From Octopus sinensis (taxonomy: Eukaryota), in assembly GCF_006345805.1 (NCBI RefSeq), contig NC_042999.1:17484001-17548000 (forward strand): a stretch of 64,000 bases of DNA. Direction: 5' to 3'. Both the position numbers and the translations under genes were made by a program. Positions 53,250 to 64,000 of the stretch are shown in pieces. The notes under the pieces were generated by a model, which saw nothing but the letters and a program-made list of their open reading frames with translations, was not told the origin of the DNA and made no database searches. How positions within the stretch are numbered: position 1 is the stretch's first letter; each line of letters starts with the position of its first letter.

Positions 53250-55948
53250 TACTCCGCAAATATAACATCACAGAAAAGCGCTTCTTTGAACAAAACAAAC
53301 AGTTCAACTCCAACCCCAAAAAGTTCTACCAAGAACTAGGCAAAAATAAAACAGAAATCACTACAGCACCAACAGCAGAAGAAGCGGAAGAATTCTGGAG
53401 AGAAATATGGTCGGCGAACGAAAAACCAAAAAAAAAAAAAATATTAAAACAACAAACTCAGCATCTGAGCAACTTTGGACCCCCATAACAACTGAAGAGG
53501 TCACCCAGGCACTGCAAAGACTAAGCAACTGGAAGGCACCTGGGAATGACAAGATCCCCAAATTCTGGTTGAAATATCGAACAGGAATGCACAAAAAGCT
53601 GGCTGAAAACTTTAACAACATACTAGCAGAGCCAGAGACAATACCTGAATGGCTCCCGAAGGGGAAAACCATCTTAATTCCCAAATCAAATGAGACAGCA
53701 AAACCAGAAAACTGCAGACCAATAACCTGTCTCCCTAAAATGTACAGGGCATTTACTTCAGTGATATCGCAAAAGTTGAACAAGCACTTGGACGAAAACA
53801 ACCTGTTTCCAGAAGAGCAGAAAGGATGCCGCAAAGGCTCATATGGCTGAAAAGATCAACTAATGTTTAATAAAGCCATAACTGAAGACAGCCACAGAAA
53901 GAAGATAGGCCTCAGTATGGCCTGGATCGACTACAAAAAGGCGTTTGATAGCATCCCCCACACATGGATCCTCGAAACACTAGCCATTAACAAAGTACCA
54001 TCAACAATTATAAAATTCATAGGGCACTCTATGAACAAATGGCAAACAGTGCTACACCTCCAAACAAAAGAGGGACTCATGAAAACCAAAGCCATCCCCA
54101 TTAGAAGAGGAATATTCCAGGGAGACACGCTCTCTCCACACCTTTTTCTGCTTTGAACAGTCACCTCTATCTGATATGCTAAATAGAACTGGATGCGGAT
54201 ATAAATGTTACGGCAAAACGATCAGCCACCTTTTATATATGGATGACCTAAAACTATACGCTGCAAATGACAAACAGCTGGAAACACTATTAAAGACAGT
54301 TCATGGATTTACCAAAGAAATAGATATGAAATTTGGATTAGAAAAGATGCGCCAAAGTAACCCAGAAAAGAAGAAAACTAGTTAAGAGTAGCAACATCAC
54401 ACTAGATAAAACCAATGAAATGAAAGAACTAGACCAAAGCCAAACTTACAAATACTTAGGAATCCATGAACTAGATAAGACACAACACACACAAATGAAA
54501 GAGAAAATAAAGAAAGAATATTATAGACGAGTTAGATCAATGCTAAAAACAAGATAATAGGTTTTAATACTTTAGCTGTCCCAGTTATAAGTTACAGCTA
54601 CAATATCCTAAATGAACTGACCAAAATAGATAGGAAAACAAGAAAAATTATGGCAGGATCTAGGATGCATCACCCATAATCTGACATAGAAAGACTATAT
54701 ATACAACGTATAGAAGGTGGTAGAGGCCTTATACAGCTGGAAAACTACTATAAAATAACCAGCATAGGATTGCAAAAATATCTACTTCAGAAGGAAGGAA
54801 AACTGATACAAATAGCGGCAAAACACGAGCAAAACAAAAAACTGTTCTCAGTAATTTAGGAAGCTGAAAAATACAAACAAGAAATCATACTACCTAATAA
54901 ATATGAAGAAGAAGAAGAAGAAGAAGAAGAAGAAGAAGAAGAAGAAGAAGAAGAAGAAGAAGAAGAAGAAGAAGAAGAAGAAGAAGAAGAAGAAGAAGAA
55001 GAAGAAGATAAAGAAACAACAAAAGCTATAGAACAAATGAAATCCAAACTAAAAATAGAACAGCAACGAACCATGTTAAAACGATGGCAAGAAAAGCCCC
55101 TTCATGGTAAATACTGGACTAAACTAAACGCAAAATAAATAGACAAAGAAAAATCCCAGCAATGGTTAAGAAGCTCAGAACTCAAAGCAGAGACAGAGGG
55201 ATGTTTAATTGCAGCACAAGACCAAAGCCTCCCCACCAGAAATTACCAAAACCATGTAAAGAAAAGAAATATAACACGTAACTGCAGAATATGTGGAGAT
55301 GGACAAGAAACAATAACTCATATTATCTCTGGCTGCCCAGTCCTGGCTAAGAAGGAATATATTCACAGACATGAAAGAGTTGGAACCTACATACACTGGA
55401 CGCTATGCCAACATTATGGAATAACAACAGAAAAAAGATGGTATAGGCCCACACCAGAAAAGGTCACAGAAAACGAGAAAACAACCATACTCTGGGATAT
55501 GCCGATACACACAGATAGAGAAATTAAGGTCAACAGACCAGATATAGTTGTCAGAGATCATGGAGTAAAAAATACTTTCTAATTGATGTATCAATACCGG
55601 CAGATGACAACGTGTCTCTAAAAGAAATGAAGAAACTCTCAAAATACAAAGATATGGAAATAGAGGTAACCAGAATGTGGAATCTAAAAACAGAAACAAT
55701 TCCTATCATAGTAGGTGCATTAGGCATGATAAAAAAATATTCAGACAAATACATAACAAAAACGCTAGGAATTACAAACACATATAACATACAGAAAATT
55801 TCACTACTAGGCACTGCACACATCCTACGCAGAACACCTTCCATACAATAACCATCAGAGCATCACAACAAATCACAGCACATACCCAAGGCACACAGAG
55901 CTGCGCTCGGTAGTGAAGTGAAAGCACGCTATAATAATAAAACTACTG
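53246..55948 (+). pseudogene. R4/Dong-clade RLE LINE, 2.7-kb 5'-truncated copy (RT, CCHC, RLE, 3' UTR)
   Basis: RT motifs WKAPGNDKI, CRPITCL, EEQKGCR, WIDYKKAFDSIPH, RRGIFQGDTLSP, LLYMDDLKLY, YKYLG; then CRICG..HIISGC and RPDIVV; several stops and frameshifts; (AAT)n on both sides. Confidence 0.95.
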
Positions 55949-56054
55949 AATAATAATAATAATAATTATTATTATTATAATGATGATGATTATAACAACG
56001 ACATCAGCAGCATTTGTTGAAGAATTAACACACAGAGACACACACACATTTATG

Positions 56055-56110
<56 letters not shown>

Positions 56111-56128
56111 ATATATATATATCAGGCT

Positions 56129-56505
56129 CAGGAGTGGCCGTGTGTTAAGTAGCTTCCATACCAACCACGTCGTACCACAGCGTGGCACATTGGACGAGTT
56201 TCTTCTACTATAGCCTCTTGAGTGGATATCGTGGACGGAAACTGAAAGACGTCCGTCGTATATATATATATATATTTTTTTTTTTCTATGTATGTGTGTA
56301 TGTATATGTTTGTGTGTCTGTGATTGTCCCCACCATCGCTTGAAAACCGATGCTGGTGTGTTTGTGCAGTAAGGTAGCGGCTCGTCAAATAAGACCAATT
56401 AAATAATTAATAGCCTTGCAAAGGAAAGTCCTGGGGACCGATTTGTTCTACCAGAGGCGGTGCTCCCGCATGGCCGCAGTCAAATGCCTGAAAAAATATA
56501 AGAAT
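56129..56505 (+). mobile_element. S2 SINE, diverged
   Basis: CAGGAGTGGCCGTGTG head, internal TA/TG repeat, tail CATGGCCGCAGTCAAATG. Confidence 0.85.
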
Positions 56506-56747
56506 ATACTTTCACATATGTATATATAATGTTATATACTTATATATGTGTTGGTGTTTTGCATGTTGAGATAATTATTATTGTTGTTGTTGCTGTCGTC
56601 GTCTACAATAGCCAATCTTTGTGAGTGGATTTGGTTGACGGAACCGGAACGGAACCCTTTGTATAGACCTATATATTTCTGTGTGCTTTGTTCCTCTGCT
56701 TTTCCCCTCCTCGGTTACATTTTGACAGTCGTTATTGTTGTGTTTAC

Positions 56748-57141
56748 GTGGAGGCGCAATGGCCCAGTGGTTAGGGCAGCGGACTCGCGGTCATAGCATC
56801 GTGGTTTCGATTCCCAGACCGGGCGTTGTGAGTGTTTATTGAGCGAAAACACTTAAAAGCTCCACGAGGCTCCGGTAGGGGATTGTGGTGATCCCTGCTC
56901 TACTCTTTCACCACAACTTTCTCTCACTCTTACTTCCTGTTTCTGTTGTACCTGTATTTCAAAGGGTCGGCCCCTTGTCACTCCCTGTGTCACGCTGAAT
57001 ATCCCCGAGAACTACGTTAAGGGTACACGTGTCTGTAGAGTGCTCAGCCACTTACACGTTAATTTCACGAGCAGCAGGCTGTTCCGTTGATTCGGATCAA
57101 CCGGAACCCTCGTCGTCGTAACCGACGGAGTGCTTCCATCA
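56748..57141 (+). mobile_element. S1 SINE tail type 1, full length with TSD
   Basis: 12-bp TSD TGTTGTGTTTAC at 56736-56747 and 57142-57153. Confidence 0.92.
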
Positions 57142-57864
57142 TGTTGTGTTTACACCCCTGTAATGACTAAAACGTCCCTGAAGTAGGTACTACAGCATGT
57201 CCGCAGACAAATGACCGAAACATATAAAAGCATACAAGCATATAGAGACATACATGAAAGTATTTAATATTTTATAATTATACTCTATCTGTAATATGTG
57301 CGTGTGTTTAGGAATGAATGAATGTTGATTAGCAGTCTTTATACTTGTAATTTACTTCTTCAAATGCAAAATTCAACATTGTATTATGTTGATGATTAAA
57401 TCACATCAAACACTAATGTTTTCATATTACATGACCTCCATATCGATCTCTTAGATTTAGTAAAATTCGTTAGTTGCAAATTTTCCGCAGATCGTTGGAA
57501 TACTAACGGCTTCATTTGAGATTGCCTAAAACTCAAAGATCTGTTCAGATTTATATCCATGCTTTGCAATCTACTAAATACAAAATATTTTTAATTATAT
57601 TTCCAGCAGACATATGAGTCAAAAACGTAAACGTCTTATGTAATAATAAGCCAAGATATATCACAATGGCGGAAGGAAATTGAAATAGAATGCTCGGATA
57701 GAGCTCTCCTACTGAAAGTTTGCCAGTTAGGGAAAACAAGGATTACCAGGAGGGTCTAAAGGCTGCCGAAAACGTGTGAATACCGGTAGAAACCCGCTAC
57801 CCACATATATCCTACCAGGAATAAGACCAAACCAGAGCTTTGATTCAAGTCTCAATATACACCC

Positions 57865-57956
<92 letters not shown>

Positions 57957-57960
<4 letters not shown>

Positions 57961-58060
57961 AAAAAATGAAGTTCGAAATGCTGCTGTATTATACAATTTT
58001 TATTTTTATATATACATTATAACATGTTTCAGTTCCTGAAATGAACCTTATCAAAAAAAG
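57957..58060 (-). mobile_element. ~100-bp fragment between (TA)n arrays with a decayed HHR-like core
   Basis: Minus strand TTGATAA-GGTTC-atttcag-GAACT-GAA-ACATGT-T: stem II and palindromic stem III retained, core mutated. Confidence 0.4.
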
Positions 58061-58167
<107 letters not shown>

Positions 58168-59438
58168 ATATATCTATATATATATATATGTATCTATCTA
58201 TCTATCTATCACTCTATCTATCTATACACACAGAAATACACACACAAGCACAAACATACACTAATCAAAAGAAGAAGACAAAGAACATACTTTAACTCAA
58301 TTATATACCAATAATAATTAAATAGATGTACATATCTAAATTATCATGAACAACTAAAATAATTATAGATTAAAATTTAACCATCTATAGTTATATAGAA
58401 TACAATAATATTTCTTAAACAAAAAGTTATAAGTCTTCTTGGGGGTTAAATGGCAGTATCATCGTTTCTTAACAGAAAGGCATATTTAAGTGACCATAAG
58501 AAATACGTTTTGGTTTAAATACTGTTTCGATCTAGAACAGAGATTTTCTAACGAACTATACATGCATGTCCATATGCACATATACGTCTTCACATGCAAG
58601 TGAACATTAATATGTATTTATTACAAAATGCAATACATTTTTCTTAGTAGTCACAGGGTATACTGTTCAAAAAGTAGAGAGTCGCACATTTGAACCACAC
58701 AACGTTTCGATAACTCAAGAATCATTCTCTTAACTATGTTATAATGCCAATTTCCTAATCGTGCATCGAACTTCACTATTTTTCGAGACATTGTTACTCG
58801 AAAAGAAATCATGCATGAAGTGTTTATGTGTGAAATTATAGTCAATATTTGAAGTCAGATTTTGAGCCTTAGACAACACAGAATTATATAATTTATTGTC
58901 GTTTATAAACTTCAAACACTAGATGATACGTCCTTGAATTCTTATTTTCAGGCTTCAGTAAGAGTTGTGTCAGAAAGAGTTGATAAAATTTCCAGTACAC
59001 AACAGGGAAGTAGACACGACGTCAAATGAAATTGCGTACCCCGTAAGCACGTTACTGAATGCTACTTCCACATCCGAGACAGGTGTCATTGCATTTACAG
59101 ACCAAGATATTGATGATCTATTCTCAAAAGAACTAATGCCTCATACGGATATGCATTCACTCACCACCTCTATATACCGGATGTACTGCTTTTACAAATT
59201 TCAGTTCAATAATTATTAAAAGTGTTTCTTTAGATCATTGCAAAGTAAAAGCATACAGTGATGTCCAACTAACACACATGACGTCTTTCATTAATTGGCA
59301 ATTCGCCATTCAACTGGGCGAATATGATAGAAATGTTGATACGATTGTTGGGCAACCAGATTGCAGACGAATGTAGAATGAATTCGACTACAATGCTAGT
59401 CCACGCTAAACGGTTATTTCGGAGAATTCAGAAGAGAG

Positions 59439-59596
59439 TATTCTGTTGTGTGTGGGAAGAGTGTCATTTTCTTTTTATGCCTTATAATGTAACACACGCA
59501 CCGGTAAAAATTCCACTTAAGTGTAAATTTTACCGGTGAGTGTGTTACATTATAAGGCAAAAAAAGAAAATGACTCTCCCCAGACGCAACAGAATA
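59439..59596. repeat. 158-bp loopless palindrome centred on TTAA
   Basis: Arms 59439-59518 and 59519-59596, about 7 mismatches and a 2-nt indel; TA at both ends. Confidence 0.88.
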
Positions 59597-59778
59597 TGAT
59601 TTATCACACTAACTCATATAAAGAATCTTGCAAACCATATCCAAAAGCGAAAGAAGAGAAGTAATTTTTCACTTATCTGGCAGATTTTAAGCATGGCAAA
59701 TAGTATAGCACAATGGATATGAGAGAAATGAGGAAGTACACAGCTCGTAATCTAGATAATGACTATAACTAACTTGCA

Positions 59779-60173
59779 TTCTGTAAGGGGTCCCTGGTCA
59801 GGGAATTCCAGCCTCTTTGAGAAGTATGAAATCACTTCTTAGCCACAATTCTTCTTAAGTTTAACTAGTTAATTAGCATGTCATTTAATTGCCTCCGGAA
59901 CAAGGCTGTTGACAGACGCCGAAGAGGCCTCAGAGCGGCTGAGACCCTTCAGCCATTTAGATACTCATCTAAGATTAGGCAACTCCATAGAAATCTTTCA
60001 TCCTGTTACCTACTGATCTCGTGGGACACGTTGCCATAGACCAAAAGAAGTTTGAAGGTCGAGAGAATGGGATTAGCTCTGCAGAAATAATATAATAATA
60101 CATTCCGGACACTTTCTATGGTAATTTATTAAGCGTTTAGATATAAGGCTAATGGAGTAAAACCCCTACAGAA
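59779..60173. mobile_element. ~395-bp element bounded by TTCTGTA(A)GGGGT inverted termini (solo LTR or MITE)
   Basis: TGTAAGGGG at 59782 and CCCCTACA ending at 60170; no TSD recognised. Confidence 0.35.
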
Positions 60174-61754
60174 AACCCCGAGGAAGAGACTCTAAGCCAG
60201 ATATGTAAAATTATTCTCAACCAATATTTGACATCTGTTGCCGCTTCATGGATGCTGCCAGCATATTCGCTCGTCCTTCCTACGTGACGCATTGCAAAAA
60301 ATTAAGAAAAAATACATTGAACATTATGGTGTCTGCTTTAAGATAAACGGCAAGGGATGGAACGCTTTTCATCATATGTTTGCTTTACGTAAGACTACTT
60401 GTAGCAACACATCGATAGTAAACAGATTTCCGAAACCATTAATTTCAGCATTCTGGTATTTGACATTGTAGCAGCTGAATGCTTAAACAATCTCTGAATT
60501 GCATTTTTTCTTGGTTTTACTTATTCGCTTTTGTTCTCAAGTAAATTTACGATATTGTTTTGAGCGTTGCTGTAAGTATTTTGCTTTCTAACCGTTTGTC
60601 TCTAAACTGTTTGCATTTTTAATGTGTCATTTGTTTCTCTCAGGATTACATTAACAATCCAATATTATTATCGGAATTCCATTGTTCATGCAGCTGTATG
60701 CTACAATCATCTCTACAACTTGCGGCTAATTGATGCCAAAACTGTACTTTTCCTCCATTATTTAGCTGCATGCATTTACAAAATGTTTTAGCAAATGCTA
60801 GAATTCAACAAAATCGTATGATATATTGAATAAAAAAGTGTTTCTGTTATTATTCAATGCATTATATTACAATCATTCTTTTTACTGTTATTGTCTATTC
60901 CTTGCTACAATTATTTAATATCGTACTAATACTACCTGTGCAATATTGGATACAGATGTATAATATCGATCTCTTTGTGACGAATGAATACGAATACGTT
61001 TTCGATATTTGTAATGATACAATCATTATCATTTCACACACAGAAAATAAATTAATTAGTTAATCGGAGGTCAATACAAAGATAAACATTTCTAATAACC
61101 TGCACAAACGAAAGAACAAATATACATTTATTCATCAATGCCTGGTTTTCCTTTACTTTTCATACCAAAGAAACAATTTAAAAGTCTACATTTACCGTAG
61201 AGAGGTTTCATCAAGAGAGATTTCAGCCACGAATAAACCCATTCATATTTCAACTTTTGTACATCAATAGTTACATTATCTGAAGTGTTCTGATATTTTT
61301 CAAGATTGTAAGGAACGATATTACAGTCATTTTGCTGTTACACGCTCTCTTTAATAGGCTATTCACAAACATGAGACATAATAGATTCCAGAAGGTCGTT
61401 TACTAGATGAGGGCTTCACAAACGGGAAATATGTCACAATATCTTTAACATGATAAATATAATATTATCAATAACATACCGAATTTGAAAATGAAGATAT
61501 TTTCCAACGTAATCAACATTATTACAACGCTTTAAACAATGTGTGCCTACATTATCAACCAAACTTTGGAAAATGTGAGTGAAATTTCCATCGTATCGGT
61601 ATTCACTGCTGCATTCAAGATTGTAAAGGGTAGTTCTGGGCAGGTTAGACTCCGATTCTGAGTACGGATTGTTTTTTTCATAACAATTGTCTCTAAATCT
61701 ATAAGCACAATTTAAAAAAAATCTGTCTTTCTACAACATGCGCAATTCATGAAA

Positions 61755-62407
61755 TTTAGGTGATTAGTCCTCGACTTCAGTGCTCAAGTGGTACTTATTA
61801 TATCGACCATGAAAGGCTGAAAATTAAAGTGAACCTTGGACATTTGAATTCAGAACCTAAGGACAGACAAAATGGCGCATATATTTTCTCGCAAATCATT
61901 TTCTCTGGCCTGCTAACCATTGTGTCAGCTCGCCGGCGTACAATTTCATAAATAACAGCAATTCCTTACAAACTAAAATAATTTAATATATATGTTTTTA
62001 CTATCCATAAGGGCCTAAACACAGAGGGGCCAACCACGGACAGACAAACGGATTAAGTCATTTACATCGATCCCAGTGCGTATCTGGTACTTAATTTATC
62101 GATCCCGAAAGGATGAAAGGCAAAGTCAACCTCGGCGGAATTTGAACTCAGAACGCAACGGCAGACGAAATACCTATTTATTTACTACCCACAAGGGGCT
62201 AAACACAGAGGGGACAAACAAGGACAGACAAACGGATTAAGTCGTTTACATCGACCCCAGTGCGTAACTGGTACTTAATTTATCGACTCCGAAAGGATAA
62301 AAGGCAAAGTCAACCTCGGCGGAATTTGAACTCAGAACGTAACGTCAGACGAAATACGGCTACGCATTTCGCCCGGCGTGCTAACGTTTCTGTCAGCTCG
62401 CCGCCTT
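61755..62407 (-). mobile_element. S3 SINE dimer (about 61990-62407) plus an older diverged S3/S4 copy (61755-61935)
   Basis: Dimer junction AAATAG|GTATTTCGTCTG at 62174/73. Confidence 0.88.
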
Positions 62408-63594
62408 AAAGAAAAACACATTTTAATATAACAAGTATGAAATCACAAGTTAACGCGAAAATATTCTTACCTACAATGATAGGAAAAGTTGAGATGACAT
62501 AAGCTATTCCTTTCGATATTTCTAAACTGACATATATGCCTGGACCAAATTCGTTAAAATTGCTAATAACCGTTTGATGTCTTATGAAATAAAATGCTAT
62601 TTATTACTATTTGAATTACTCTTAACAATATATAATAAATTTGAAAATAGGATATATTCGACGTGAAATACAATACAATAGCATAAACGTCTCCCTAACA
62701 GATGAAGATTAATCTCAACTGATATTAAATTTTATTCCTAGATTGTCATGAAAGTGTATAACCACCGACCGTTGGTAATTATTCCGGATACATACAGTAG
62801 ATAACTCATAGTTTAATATTATATTCAATCTTTTAAATATATACTAATCAATTTCGGTTGCATAAATGTCATTCATTATAAATATCAACCATTTATATAT
62901 AAACCGCTCCCAGTCGACTTACTAGATATATCGGGCAAATGTCCAGCCCATTATCAACTTCAATGGAAATATAATAGATGTGTACTTGTGAATTCACAGT
63001 TTTTAAAACATATTGCATAAGAGTATTGGCTGGAATGCCTTTGATCGTTTTCTGTTCCATTAGATTTCATATGAGGCTAAACAAGTGCAACAAACAGAAA
63101 CAGTGCAAGGACCGGTCTTATGTGATGTAACTTTTTTTTACTATATACCTTCAATTTAACGGTCAATGAATTCGTACGAAATGCCAATATTTTATGCTAG
63201 ACCAGTATAATGTATTTTTAACATTGGCGATGTCGATCATAGATAATTTTTGTTTTAAAACTGTGTATAAAATACAAATTCAACAAGTAATTATTTTCGT
63301 TTTTATATATTAACAAAATTATATTTGCTGCTTTATTAGGGTTCGAATACAAATGCATGTTCCGGGGTAGCAACTGCGGACATTTTCGCTTTGCAAGCCT
63401 TCCTATATCATAAATATCTTTTGCAGTAAGGAAGCAATGCGTTGGGATCCAAAATAAATAATGGAATATAAGCTAAACTATTACACTTTTCACCTATGTA
63501 TTTGTATATGTGTCAATGGTGTTTATGTTGAGAGAAGATACGTCATTTCCATTTATTACTCGTTGGTGTCTTACAAAGTGAACATGTTTCAACG

Positions 63595-64000
63595 CGGCGA
63601 GCTGGCAGAAACGTTAGCAAGTCGGGCGAAATGGTTACCAGTATTTCGTCTGCCGTTACGCTCTGAGTTCATGTTCCGCCGAGGTCGACTTTACCATTCA
63701 TCCTCTCGGGATCGATAAATTAAGTACCAGTTGCACACTGAGGTCGATATAATCGACTTAATCCGTTTGTCTGTCCTTGTTTGTCACCCATATGTTTAGC
63801 CCTTGTGGGTAGTAAAGAAATAGAAATAGCTATTTCGTCTGTTGTTACGTTCTGGGTTCAAATTCCGCCGAGGTCGACTTTGCCTTTCATCCTTTCGGGC
63901 TCGATTAAATAAGTACCAGTAATGCACTGGGGTCGATATAATCGACTTAATCCGTTTGTCTCCTCTATGTTTAGTCCCTTGTGGGCAATAAAGAAATAAG
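63595..64000 (+). mobile_element. S3 SINE dimer (runs to the window end)
   Basis: Junction AAATAGAAATAG|CTATTTCGTCTG at 63829/30. Confidence 0.88.

Noticed and set aside
53848-53850. In-frame TGA in the Dong RT as selenocysteine or read-through
   Set aside because: The copy has other stops and frameshifts; a single-base decay of a Cys codon is simpler.

Overview
AT-rich eukaryotic DNA saturated with microsatellites and transposable elements. The repeat landscape points to a coleoid cephalopod, Octopus-like (inference, not a database result). I cannot support any host protein-coding exon, and almost all supplied ORFs are microsatellite read-through or TE-derived. Supported content: (1) three tRNA-derived SINE groups under working names: S1 (GGAGGCGCAATGG head, swapped tails), S2 (internal TA/TG microsatellite) and S3/S4 (GGCGGCGAGCTGGCAG head). 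(2) Two R4/Dong-type restriction-like-endonuclease (RLE) LINE copies inside (AAT)n arrays, plus older relics. (3) A non-autonomous Helitron, a mariner deletion derivative and a pogo/Tigger-like MITE. (4) Two Penelope-type GIY-YIG remnants. (5) At least five unrelated short Penelope-like terminal-repeat families carrying hammerhead ribozyme (HHR) folds, mostly abutting (TA)n arrays. Best leads: the HHR element set; an inverted duplication that ends 1 nt from a predicted cleavage site; a tRNA-like Pol III head upstream of an HHR; and S3 SINE concatemers that repeatedly join at the same nucleotide. All folds and alignments were done by eye, and coordinates of degenerate elements are approximate.
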